DNA of 60,048 nt, counting the filler, from Globobulimina sp. (Eukaryota), in the NCBI GenBank assembly GCA_003354225.1. It is 11 parts of 11 records of this genome, joined end to end, with 100 filler letters (N's around TTAATTAATTAA, not from the genome) between each part and the next. Parts side by side here need not be neighbours in the genome. Positions count along the whole stretch, not along the records: positions 10,962 to 16,337 come from PIVH01000608.1; positions 16,438 to 21,813 come from PIVH01000609.1; 9 more parts are not named here. One strand, written 5' to 3'. Shown piece after piece: positions 12,206 through 21,913 of this stretch. The translations under genes and the position numbers were made by a program. The notes below the pieces were generated by a model that saw only the letters and a list, made by a program, of their open reading frames with translations, made no database searches and had not been told where the DNA came from. How positions within the stretch are numbered: the stretch's first letter is position 1; every line of letters begins with the position of its first letter.

Positions 12206-15200
12206 TGAACTGAATTGATATAAAGCTGATATTTATATCGTTTATAGATATTTATAAATGTAATCCTTCCATTTATAATAACTGACTGGAACTGAGCATT
12301 CCAATCTAATTTCCAATCAATCCATATTCCCAAATATCGCACTTTATCGTATTTCTTAGAGATTGGCTGATTTCCCATTTTTAACTCAAAATATAGTGCT
12401 TTGTGTACTGTATTATTTGATATGGCTGCGATAACCATATAATTCTGTTTTATTGGCTGCAAAAACAGTCTTTTCTTCTTTGCTAAATAAAAAATAAAGT
12501 CTGTCGCGTATTGGAGGTTTGCTTTTAACTCTTCTCCACAGACCGTCCCATCAGAAACGACTGTATTGTCATCTGCATACCCAATGATTATCAAACCTAT
12601 ACGTAATCCATTTACTGCATCAAATTCAATCGTTATAAATATAAATACAATGGGCGACGGGGGCCATCCTTGCGGTATACCGCAAATATCCTGCCTCCAA
12701 TGACAATAATATCCATATATTTTAACTCTGCCCCATCTAAATTCTAGCGCCACATACAAATAATCCAACGCGAAGCCATTAATTCCAATGTTTATCCTCA
12801 TACATTCTATAATTATTTTATGTTGCAACGTATCGAACGCTGCCTTGAAATCAATAAATAATAAGTGCGTATTCTTCTCATTCATCCTATTGTTCCATAT
12901 TAATTCTGTGAGATATGCGATCGCGTCGACACAGCCCAATCCTTTAACAAATCCAAAATGCCTCTTTTTAATTATTTGCATTTTTATTCCATATTTCAAA
13001 TATTTTGACGCCATCCATTTGTCGTAGGGATTGCTACAACTCGATAACAGAGAGACCGGTCTGTAGCTATCCATGTACTTTGCCGGCTTCTTCGATTTAA
13101 GAATAACTGTGACATCCCTTACATTCATCGATAACTCTCTTATACCTAAAATAAATAATGCATTATAGCAAAGATAGAAACCTTGCTTTAAAATATCAAT
13201 TCCATTCTGCAGCATAATATAGTTTGATTTGTCATTATTATTCGCTTTGCCTCTCTTGAACGACATTATGAGAGGTTCCACTTCGTCTTCATTCAAAATC
13301 CCATTTAATTGTTTCAATGCGTCATCATGTTCTTTCGTACCAAATTTCGCTCTGTTTTTCTCATTATAATCATTAATAATTCTGTCAAACTCTTCATTTT
13401 TTCCAATCTCATCCGTTTTATTTTCAATTTCATCCTCGTCGAATCTATGCAAATATGCCATATAATTGTTAGCTTTATCGATTGATTTTGCTGCGTTTAA
13501 TGTGCCATCCACATTATACCACGCTGGGATACATTTTGTTGCGTTGTTATCATATTTAATAATATTATTTATCTGCTTCCACGGCATTCTTCCGTCGTTA
13601 CTGATATTTCTAATTTCGTCTTTTATCCACGCCCTACGTCCAAAGTCGCACAAATCATTACAAATTTTCTTTTTTTCAATCAACAAATTCTTCATTATCT
13701 TCTTGTTCCTGTAACATACATAATCCTTCATCGCATTCTTCATTTCCTTGGTCAGCCAAGGTTTGTCATTTCCAATTCTTTTCTTTCTTAAACCTAATAC
13801 ATCGATCGAAGTGTCTATGATTCTATTTTTAAAAAAGTCCTTTACGGCGTCTAATACGTCATCCCTTGACATACCAATGTAATCTAACAAATACTCCCTA
13901 TTTATACAACAATTCCCATCTCCATACGCCTCCAAGTAATGTGTTACCAATTTATTTAGATCGCTGCCATAGATATCATACCATTCATCCACCGTTTCCG
14001 ATAAATCCTCTCTCCATTGATCCCAGTCTCTGTCCGATCCAGTTCTTATAGCAAATTCAGGCATTTCTGCCTCATACAATTGTCCTTTGTTATAGAATGA
14101 AAACAGTAATATATGATCTGAAAAATATTTCTCTTCTTCTTCCCTCGCAAAGTCCTCTACCCAGAACTTCCAGTCCTCCTCTTTTGTTTTATCATTTATA
14201 AATGCTACATCCGGTGCCGTCCTCTGCTCACTCCTCTGCCTCGTCGGACTTCTATCATTTAAAACGCTGCACTTTTTCTCATAAATCCAATCAGCCAAAA
14301 TCGTGCCGCATTTACTCGCCTCTGACGACCTAATTTTTCCATCGAACCACGCATTATTATGGGCATTCATGTCACCTCCAATAAACATTGGAAATGACCC
14401 ATAATTTTTCGTTGAATTTAATGTTTCCAAATAATCCAATAATAATTCTATTTTTGAGTCAGGTTTGCCATTTTGCGGCCGGTAATAATTATTGACTACA
14501 AACGCTTGGCCCATATCGCTGTCATATACTTTTACCGACAAAACGTATAATTTTGACATTAACAGCAATTTCCTCGCTGCTTTTTCTTTGTCTCCGTTCT
14601 GTTTTTGATTCTCAATTTGTTTGTCAATATTTACATTTTGTGTTATTTTAATATTAATCCTTTCATAATGTATCCCATTACGAATCAATGTGACTACTTT
14701 CCCAAATCCTTTCTTTTTATTTATGACTGTTTGATAATTTTTGATTTTAATCGTCCATTCACTCTCATTCTCATTATAAAATTTATAACATTCTTGCAAT
14801 ACAAAAATGTCCGGTTTCTTTGTCAAAATAAAAAAATGAATATGCGATCTGGTATTTACTGTGAATCCATCAACATTCCATTGACAAATCAATAATCCCT
14901 TCTCGCGAGTTAATAACATATCGTTTCTAATATCATATTCATGCTCAATTTCGTCTAAAATCGTATCATTTTCATCATTAAATCTATTCGCAACGTCAGT
15001 GCTCAAATTTATATCATTCGAACTCTGATTTTGCAATTCAACATTATCATTGTTACAATTATTATTATTACAAATCTCAATTTCATCGAAATTCGTACAA
15101 TCAAAGGTTTCAATGTCATCCACAACGGAATGATTATTGAGACCGGGCTCCTCATTTAAAACAATACCATCAACACAAGAGAAGTCATTGCGTTGACTAC

Positions 15201-15237
15201 TAAAATGACTGTGTGTTTGCTTGGGGCCATCCATCAT
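12202..15237 (-). CDS. LINE ORF2: AP-like endonuclease + reverse transcriptase
   Basis: APE: QWNVDG, LQEC, GGDMNAH, PDVAF, SDHILL. RT: YRPVSLLS, HFGFVKG, IDFKAAFD, GIPQG, GYADD, YLGIWID. Confidence 0.93.
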   Translation of the reverse strand: MMDGPKQTHSHFSSQRNDFSCVDGIVLNEEPGLNNHSVVDDIETFDCTNFDEIEICNNNNCNNDNVELQNQSSNDINLSTDVANRFNDENDTILDEIEHEYDIRNDMLLTREKGLLICQWNVDGFTVNTRSHIHFFILTKKPDIFVLQECYKFYNENESEWTIKIKNYQTVINKKKGFGKVVTLIRNGIHYERINIKITQNVNIDKQIENQKQNGDKEKAARKLLLMSKLYVLSVKVYDSDMGQAFVVNNYYRPQNGKPDSKIELLLDYLETLNSTKNYGSFPMFIGGDMNAHNNAWFDGKIRSSEASKCGTILADWIYEKKCSVLNDRSPTRQRSEQRTAPDVAFINDKTKEEDWKFWVEDFAREEEEKYFSDHILLFSFYNKGQLYEAEMPEFAIRTGSDRDWDQWREDLSETVDEWYDIYGSDLNKLVTHYLEAYGDGNCCINREYLLDYIGMSRDDVLDAVKDFFKNRIIDTSIDVLGLRKKRIGNDKPWLTKEMKNAMKDYVCYRNKKIMKNLLIEKKKICNDLCDFGRRAWIKDEIRNISNDGRMPWKQINNIIKYDNNATKCIPAWYNVDGTLNAAKSIDKANNYMAYLHRFDEDEIENKTDEIGKNEEFDRIINDYNEKNRAKFGTKEHDDALKQLNGILNEDEVEPLIMSFKRGKANNNDKSNYIMLQNGIDILKQGFYLCYNALFILGIRELSMNVRDVTVILKSKKPAKYMDSYRPVSLLSSCSNPYDKWMASKYLKYGIKMQIIKKRHFGFVKGLGCVDAIAYLTELIWNNRMNEKNTHLLFIDFKAAFDTLQHKIIIECMRINIGINGFALDYLYVALEFRWGRVKIYGYYCHWRQDICGIPQGWPPSPIVFIFITIEFDAVNGLRIGLIIIGYADDNTVVSDGTVCGEELKANLQYATDFIFYLAKKKRLFLQPIKQNYMVIAAISNNTVHKALYFELKMGNQPISKKYDKVRYLGIWIDWKLDWNAQFQSVIINGRITFINIYKRYKYQLYINSVH

Positions 15238-16229
15238 AAATTAAAGCGGTTTGTGGATGGTGGTCCGTTATTTTTATTATTTGCTAATTTAAATTGCTCG
15301 ATTCCCGTTAATTTCAATTCTCCGCTCTTTTTTCTACCAATACAGCCATTCGCCATCAATTTATGAATTATATTATCATTCCAATTGCAATAAATCATTA
15401 CTCGCTGTGCCTCATTATAGGAAATCTTCGCATTTGTTTGCTTCTTCACTTTGGCAATAAAACGGCTAATTTGAGCCTCCTGTTGGTCTCTTTTGAAGGC
15501 CGATGAGCTAAACTGCCCTGAATGTGACTCATTGTTTACATTTATCTCCTTCTCCTCACTCTGCATTACAATTTCATGACTTTCGCTATCATTTACAGCC
15601 GCTTTTTGTATATTATTTGCGTCTGAGTCTGCTTCCATATTACTATGCAAATTATTCATATCTGTATCAATGTCGTCGTTCTCCTTCGAAAACGTCAATA
15701 AATTCAATTCTAACATTAAATTTCCAATAATATCTTGCTTATATTCTCTCATTTTACCATTCCAGTTTGCAATAATTGCCGTCGCGTCAAACAATAAAAC
15801 ATTTCCATTCTCATCCAATTTATACAATTTCCTCAATTCTGTCAATATCTCATCCCTATAATTATTTGAATTTATATCCCAAATTATCGCTTTCCTGACT
15901 CCCATTTCTATCTTTTGTTCATTAAAATTCCTCAATTTCGTGTCATTTGTCCATACTTCTCGTTTTTTCTTCGGTGCATTTACTGCAAATTCTGTCCAAT
16001 ATACTCTTTGTCCTGCAACCGTTCTCGCATTTTCTTCGAGCCATTCTAACTTAATGGGACCCGACGACGTTAACAACAGCGATTGACTGATTTTCTTGGA
16101 GATGTCTCCAAATCTCTCGCACGTTATCTTGTATCCTCTATAATTATTTGTAACTATTTGCAATATCTCATTAGCTGCTACATCATCTCCGTACGCCTTC
16201 GAATCATTGGCACCTTTATTGCGGAACAT
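15234..16229 (-). CDS. Putative LINE ORF1
   Basis: 331-aa ORF directly upstream of ORF2; its TGA overlaps the ORF2 ATG (ATGA); same strand composition. Confidence 0.7.
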   Translation of the reverse strand: MFRNKGANDSKAYGDDVAANEILQIVTNNYRGYKITCERFGDISKKISQSLLLTSSGPIKLEWLEENARTVAGQRVYWTEFAVNAPKKKREVWTNDTKLRNFNEQKIEMGVRKAIIWDINSNNYRDEILTELRKLYKLDENGNVLLFDATAIIANWNGKMREYKQDIIGNLMLELNLLTFSKENDDIDTDMNNLHSNMEADSDANNIQKAAVNDSESHEIVMQSEEKEINVNNESHSGQFSSSAFKRDQQEAQISRFIAKVKKQTNAKISYNEAQRVMIYCNWNDNIIHKLMANGCIGRKKSGELKLTGIEQFKLANNKNNGPPSTNRFNL

Positions 16230-16337
16230 AAGTGTGGAGCTTTTGTAGTTGTGAAACAGATTTGCGGCAGTCTAAAAACTTTTCCGCAAAACTGTTTGTA
16301 TGGTAACATTAAATGCCCGACATTAAATGCCCAATGT

Positions 16338-16437
16338 NNNNNNNNNNNNNNNNNNNNNNNNNNNNNNNNNNNNNNNNNNNNTTAATTAATTAANNNNNNN
16401 NNNNNNNNNNNNNNNNNNNNNNNNNNNNNNNNNNNNN
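16338..16437. other. Artificial contig linker
   Basis: N44-TTAATTAATTAA-N44. Confidence 0.99.
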
Positions 16438-16530
16438 AAATGTATTGCCGTTTAAAAATAACAGACCAATCACAAAAGCCAAACCCACCAAAAGAAGATC
16501 CTCCAAGGTGCCAATTAAACGCAATAAAAA

Positions 16531-16965
16531 ATGATAAAAAAGTTGTATATTAGCACACGAACATTAGCAACCAGTCAAGTCTCGAATTGTATTATATATC
16601 ATAATTTATTCTCTTCCCTTTTAATTAATATAATAATTCTCTGCATTAATTTCTTTTATTACTCCTGTTTATGCCATTCCGTTATTTTTGTAATTGATAC
16701 AAAAGACAGAGACCATTCTGCTTTTACAGATTTGCTAATTGTGATTCTTTCCCATTGCAATCTGACAATATCAGCAGAATACTCTACTTTATCTGTATAT
16801 GATTTGAATTTTTATTTTAAGTCCCCCAATAACTCTGTATATCAATTAATAATTCAATTACAATTCCTTAGTTATGACGGTGCCGTTTCTGAAACACAAA
16901 ATAAAAATCTAAGTAAAACTAAGTCCACTCACAAAAGTTCAAAATCAATCCCTTGTTATGGTTAA
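16531..16965 (+). CDS. Small hydrophobic ORF inside the LINE, overlapping both neighbours
   Basis: 144 open codons in AT-rich DNA; ATG overlaps the TGA of an upstream basic ORF (16439-16534); stop overlaps the ORF2 start by 8 nt. Confidence 0.5.
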   Translation: MIKKLYISTRTLATSQVSNCIIYHNLFSSLLINIIILCINFFYYSCLCHSVIFVIDTKDRDHSAFTDLLIVILSHCNLTISAEYSTLSVYDLNFYFKSPNNSVYQLIIQLQFLSYDGAVSETQNKNLSKTKSTHKSSKSIPCYG

Positions 16966-19900
16966 ATATAATATATTACAATACAATGTAAGTGGGCTAA
17001 TAGGCCCAACAAATATGTCACAAGAAAATAAATGTCGGAGAATTAACCAAATAATGACATCTCGACAGATTGACTTTCTGCTAATCCAAGAATGGAGTGC
17101 GACTTTAAGATATGCGGTAACTCCGAATAACTCCGTATACCTTGACAAGCAAAATAAATCCCATACACTCAAGTTTCCGATAAGATTCTTCCCAAACTAC
17201 AAAGTCCATTACACAGGCACCGAAACTGCCATTTTGTATAGGGATACTTTGTTAGTTACACCATTAAATTCGCCACCAAATTATAACCATAATAATCGCA
17301 CAAAAAACTGCCACATAACAAGCGTTATCCTCCATAGTGATGACCAAGATATAGGCATCCATTCGTTATATAACTGCCCCCGAAATCTGAATATTGACCA
17401 GCTGTTTGATTATCCCTTACATGCAGACAGAAACATAATTGCCGGCGATTTCAATATCCCGAATGTAGTTTGGGGCAGCAATCGATCAACAAATGAGTCT
17501 GATAATTTCATTGATGGCCTAAATTACCTCGGAATGCAGATCCTAAACATAACAAATCCGTCCTATACACATATCCATAAATCCTGCCATACCAAATCCT
17601 CCATTGATCTAACTTTAATATCCAATAACTTAAAACATACAAATTGGTCCATTCTCCATACATTGTATGACAGAAACTGCTCGGACCACGTTCCCATTGT
17701 AACCACCTTTGAAGTAGATAATGTTTTCGGTTTTAGCGAAACAAAAAAAACCTGGAACCTCTCAGATTCAAAAAAGTGGAATAAGTATACAAACTTATTG
17801 GAAACTAATATAAAAGACACTGCCTTTGATGCAGACCCAAACGCATACACAGAACAACTTACATATCTTATCCTATATACTGCAGAACAGTCAATAGGAT
17901 ACAAACATTACTACCGTGGCCATAAACCATGGTGGAATAATAAAATTAAAAAACTAAAAAAGCGTTGCAAACGCCTTAGACGCCGAATCCAAAGAATGAA
18001 GAAAAAAGCAAAACGTAATGCCACTGCTTTCCACATTTTCCCCAAATATAAACGATTAAAACCTCTGTTGAATGATTTACAATCAAAGAAACTGAGAGCA
18101 ATAAGAGTTGCCAAATACCAATATAACTTACGTATAAATAAATATATCCAAACATGTAAAGACTACGGCCGCCGTTTCTGGCAAACCGTATCTAATAATA
18201 AATCAAATGGAATTAATACAAATAATATTCCCCCATTGCAGTATAAAAATGAAAATAATATAATTAATCCATGTAAACAAGCAAAAGTATTACAGGAAGC
18301 AATGACCAGACCCCCTAAACCAAAAATAAGTGATAAATACAATGAATGGCATAAATATATCAATACATTTGTCCCTAAATTCCTTAAAAACCATAGAAAA
18401 ACACCAATAAATGATAAAAATGACATACACAATATAACCAATGATAAAATTAAACAAAATAATAAATCAGAAATCCAAACTCCCTCACAAATAAATACAG
18501 CAATCCCAATACCAAATAATGAATATAGAATATTAAATGATCCGATATTAAAATATGAAATTCGATCTGTAATAAGAAATCTTGACACACATAAAGCATA
18601 TGGACCTGATAGAGTCCATAACCAAATGATAAAACACGGCGGAGAGCCGCTCATCAACTGCTTACTTCCTTTGTTTAATAAATGTATGACTGAAGGTGTA
18701 TTCCCAAACTATTGGAATTTCTCACACCTTCTGCCAATACCAAAGCCAAATAAAGACCACAGCAACCCTAAAAACTACAGACCCATTGCAATATCTTCGT
18801 GCCTCGGTCGGGTTTTTGAAAAAATCTTAGCAAATAGACTGCAACACTTTTGCGTTGAAAACAAGATATTCAATAACTATCAATGTGGATTTCAAATAAA
18901 TCGTTGCTGTGATGATGTGTTAACAACTTTCATAACTGATATACAAACATCTTTTGATATGGTCAGTGATACTGACGCTGTATTTACTGACTTCTCTAAA
19001 GCCTATGATAGTGTGTGGCATAATGGTTTATTATATAAATTAATTAAAAATAACATAAAAGGAAATATATTAAATGTCCTTGCTTCCTTCATACAAACAA
19101 GGTACACGAAAGTTATTGCCAAAAAAGCGGAATCCAACTGGGTGGCACAGCCAATTGGTGTTCCACAAGGATCAGCACTATCCCCTATCCTATATATCCT
19201 ATTTACAAATGATTTCAAATTAAAATTTCCAAACTTTGTCCATTTTGCTTGCTTTGCAGATGATACTGCTTTTTGGACAAGTCCGGGTTCCAAAGATCCA
19301 ATCCGTTATAAATTCCTCCAAAAAGAACTAAATAATTTCGGAGATTGGTGTGTAAAATGGCAACTAATGATAAATCCGTCCAAATGCCTTTCCATGAATT
19401 TCTCGCATAGCAACTCCCTAAAATTCCATCCAAAATATAAGAATAAAACTGATCCTGTCACCAATAAGCTATCCCAAATAAGTAAATATAATATTCATTC
19501 GATCCCAATAAAATATGAAAAAACTGCCCGGTATCTTGGAATATGGTTTGATGAACGCCTCAATTTCCATGCACATTTCGCCAAAATAAAGGCTAAAACT
19601 ATGCGAAGTTATTGGCGACTCTACTTTACAATGAAAAATGGCATAAAACTATCCCCAATATCCATAGCGATCCTATATAAATCCCTCGCTCGCTCCAGAA
19701 TAGAATATGGGTTATCTCATTATTACCCATATGATTCTAAAAATTTGCTAAAAATCCTCCAAAATAAATTCCTCCGTTTGGCAATCCCATGCAGACTGGA
19801 CTCACCAATGGATATTATCCAATTCCTCCTAAAAATTGAACCAATAACATACAGAGCCCATTACCTAACAATGAGGCAGCTCGCTAGAGTCTATTATAAC

Positions 19901-21274
19901 GATAATTATCACCCTTTAAATAAAACGTATAATGCACTAAATAAATATAAACAAACTATCCAATCCTACAAATACAGAAAATCCAATAAAACCAAACCAA
20001 ACTCCCTTACCAATCTAAATAAAAACCCGTTAATAATTGCAACTAAATATTGCCAAAATAATAATGACATTAAAGCATTATCTCAGGACCTAAATAAAAT
20101 GAATAAATTGCAGGTGACCTCCTCTCCGGCTTACAACCTTAAAATATTACCCGCTAATTTTGATGTAGATACAAGCCCGGCAAACCCGTCAATGCCTGCA
20201 AATGCTGAACTTATCATAGCATTTACAGACGGATCATGCGATCCAAACCCAGGAAGAGGTGGAGCTGCCATCTATATCCCATCCCAACCATCCCATCCAG
20301 CTGCAATTAAACAAACATATTACTTCAAAATCCCAGTAACGATCACCACCGCAGAGATCGAAGCGGTCCATATGATATTAAATTATATTCTAATCTCCCC
20401 AACAAACTCCAGAATCCATTATAAAATCTATATTGATAACTTACCACTCCTCCAATTCATAAATGGTCAGAACTATCCAAAATATAATGATACAAAAATA
20501 TTAATAGAGAATATATACATTAAACTCACTCAAATAAATCAAAACAAACCTAACATATTTATTTCATTCATAAAAATAAAATCACATAATAATAATATAT
20601 TTAATGATGAAGTGGATAGATTGGCCAACTTTGCAGCAAAACATACAAAATATGACCAATCATTATATCATCAAATTTCATATAATACCACAATAACGCA
20701 GCTACACAAACAAATAAATTACAAATGGAACAATCAATGGATTAATCGAAATACAAAACCAATCCAGGATAGCTACAAAATGAACAAAGCAAATCCTACG
20801 CTACATAATAAACTAAATAAAATAATACGATTTCTCAATAAAGATGAAGCAGCAATGATGAACCGCTTCATCTCAGGACACGTCGAGCTAAACGCGTTCC
20901 TATTCAAGCATAAATTTAAAGATTCGGATCAATCAGAAATAATTTCGCCAATTTGCGCACAATGTAATAATAATAAGCCAGAATCCATCTACCATTATTT
21001 TATCAAATGCAACGCTTATATCCATCAACGAAAGCGTATGATTGACTCTTTCCATGATATCTGGATTGGATTTCGAAATGGTAATAGGTTTAGCCTAAAT
21101 GAGCTATTCTATCCATATACAATCCGGCGACCTCCAGACATTGACGAAGAGCTGAAAATAGAGACCCAAGTAAATATTTGGAAAAACCTTCTAAGATTCA
21201 CAAAAGAAACAAAAAGATTCCAGAACCTATACCAAGTGGACCTAATGAATCTATATCCGATCCTTATGGATTAG
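16958..21274 (+). CDS. LINE ORF2: endonuclease, reverse transcriptase, RNase H, CCHC zinc finger
   Basis: QYNVSG, IQE, AGDFN, SDHVP; YRPIAISS, QCGF, DFSKAYD, GVPQGS, FADD, YLGIWFD; AFTDGS...AEIEAV...YIDN...KSH...NDEVDRLA; CAQC...ESIYHYFIKC. Confidence 0.96.
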   Translation: MVKYNILQYNVSGLIGPTNMSQENKCRRINQIMTSRQIDFLLIQEWSATLRYAVTPNNSVYLDKQNKSHTLKFPIRFFPNYKVHYTGTETAILYRDTLLVTPLNSPPNYNHNNRTKNCHITSVILHSDDQDIGIHSLYNCPRNLNIDQLFDYPLHADRNIIAGDFNIPNVVWGSNRSTNESDNFIDGLNYLGMQILNITNPSYTHIHKSCHTKSSIDLTLISNNLKHTNWSILHTLYDRNCSDHVPIVTTFEVDNVFGFSETKKTWNLSDSKKWNKYTNLLETNIKDTAFDADPNAYTEQLTYLILYTAEQSIGYKHYYRGHKPWWNNKIKKLKKRCKRLRRRIQRMKKKAKRNATAFHIFPKYKRLKPLLNDLQSKKLRAIRVAKYQYNLRINKYIQTCKDYGRRFWQTVSNNKSNGINTNNIPPLQYKNENNIINPCKQAKVLQEAMTRPPKPKISDKYNEWHKYINTFVPKFLKNHRKTPINDKNDIHNITNDKIKQNNKSEIQTPSQINTAIPIPNNEYRILNDPILKYEIRSVIRNLDTHKAYGPDRVHNQMIKHGGEPLINCLLPLFNKCMTEGVFPNYWNFSHLLPIPKPNKDHSNPKNYRPIAISSCLGRVFEKILANRLQHFCVENKIFNNYQCGFQINRCCDDVLTTFITDIQTSFDMVSDTDAVFTDFSKAYDSVWHNGLLYKLIKNNIKGNILNVLASFIQTRYTKVIAKKAESNWVAQPIGVPQGSALSPILYILFTNDFKLKFPNFVHFACFADDTAFWTSPGSKDPIRYKFLQKELNNFGDWCVKWQLMINPSKCLSMNFSHSNSLKFHPKYKNKTDPVTNKLSQISKYNIHSIPIKYEKTARYLGIWFDERLNFHAHFAKIKAKTMRSYWRLYFTMKNGIKLSPISIAILYKSLARSRIEYGLSHYYPYDSKNLLKILQNKFLRLAIPCRLDSPMDIIQFLLKIEPITYRAHYLTMRQLARVYYNDNYHPLNKTYNALNKYKQTIQSYKYRKSNKTKPNSLTNLNKNPLIIATKYCQNNNDIKALSQDLNKMNKLQVTSSPAYNLKILPANFDVDTSPANPSMPANAELIIAFTDGSCDPNPGRGGAAIYIPSQPSHPAAIKQTYYFKIPVTITTAEIEAVHMILNYILISPTNSRIHYKIYIDNLPLLQFINGQNYPKYNDTKILIENIYIKLTQINQNKPNIFISFIKIKSHNNNIFNDEVDRLANFAAKHTKYDQSLYHQISYNTTITQLHKQINYKWNNQWINRNTKPIQDSYKMNKANPTLHNKLNKIIRFLNKDEAAMMNRFISGHVELNAFLFKHKFKDSDQSEIISPICAQCNNNKPESIYHYFIKCNAYIHQRKRMIDSFHDIWIGFRNGNRFSLNELFYPYTIRRPPDIDEELKIETQVNIWKNLLRFTKETKRFQNLYQVDLMNLYPILMD

Positions 21275-21464
21275 GAAGTAATATACTCTGTATTTGCTTC
21301 AAATATTTTTATTTACCTTTGTTCATTGGCTTCGCCCCCAAATAAAAGGGCCTGTATCCTCGTTTGTTTATACTATTTATTTAGTGTTCCCTACTTGTGT
21401 ATTAGGTGAAATCTTTAATTGATTTCTTAGTGTTTTGAAGAAAAAAAAAATTGAAGTTTCTATC

Positions 21465-21813
21465 ATGTCGCCGTGGTTCCCACGTACATTATGGATAATA
21501 CTTTTAAGAATTGTGTGTTCTTTAAGTTATGGATGTTTTATGGATGGATGTAATCCTCAACGTGATTTTTGTTTAGGTGGTGCCTATGTTCCCTATCTAA
21601 ATAAACAATCTTTAAAGTTAAACTGGACATTTACCACTGTCAATTTCACTACAAACACTACAAACGATACAATTATTACTAACATTGACAATGCATATGA
21701 GGGGGACCGCTCCAATGTTGGTCAATATCTTGGTTGTACAACAAATGTTGAAAGTGGGATATCAAATGCAGTCACTTGTTTATTCAATACAGGTCTATTC
21801 ACATTATCAGAGC
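21465..21813 (+). CDS. Secreted protein, 3'-partial
   Basis: Signal-peptide-like MSPWFPRTLWIILLRIVCSLSYG; several N-glycosylation sequons (NWT, NFT, NTT, NDT). Confidence 0.55.
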
Positions 21814-21913
21814 NNNNNNNNNNNNNNNNNNNNNNNNNNNNNNNNNNNNNNNNNNNNTTAATTAATTAANNNNNNNNNNNNNNNNNNNNNNNNNNNNNNN
21901 NNNNNNNNNNNNN
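21814..21913. other. Artificial contig linker
   Basis: N44-TTAATTAATTAA-N44. Confidence 0.99.

Larger units (their letters stand above)
12202..16337 (-). mobile_element. Non-LTR retrotransposon (APE-RT), two ORFs, apparently 3'-truncated
   Basis: ORF1 plus ORF2 with APE endonuclease and RT motifs; purine-rich coding strand distinct from host genes. Confidence 0.9.
16438..21450 (+). mobile_element. Non-LTR retrotransposon with RNase H (I-group-like), intact ORF2 and A-tail, 5'-partial
   Basis: Uninterrupted 1438-aa APE-RT-RNH-ZnF ORF, ~165-nt 3' UTR and A10 at 21441-21450; A+C-rich coding strand. Confidence 0.92.

Noticed and set aside
16306-16337. acattaaatgccc tandem at the LINE 5' contig end as an internal promoter repeat
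   Set aside because: Only two units before the contig break; cannot be interpreted.
15120-16900. Possible 2A-like ribosome-skipping motifs ahead of the LINE ORF2s
   Set aside because: No D[VI]ExNPGP; nearest strings (LNEEPGL, LSYDGAVSE) do not fit.
12202-21274. Reverse transcriptases as a retron, DGR or bacterial defence system
   Set aside because: Both are fused to APE endonucleases with LINE-type motifs and lie on separate eukaryotic contigs; no ncRNA, TR/VR pair or array seen.
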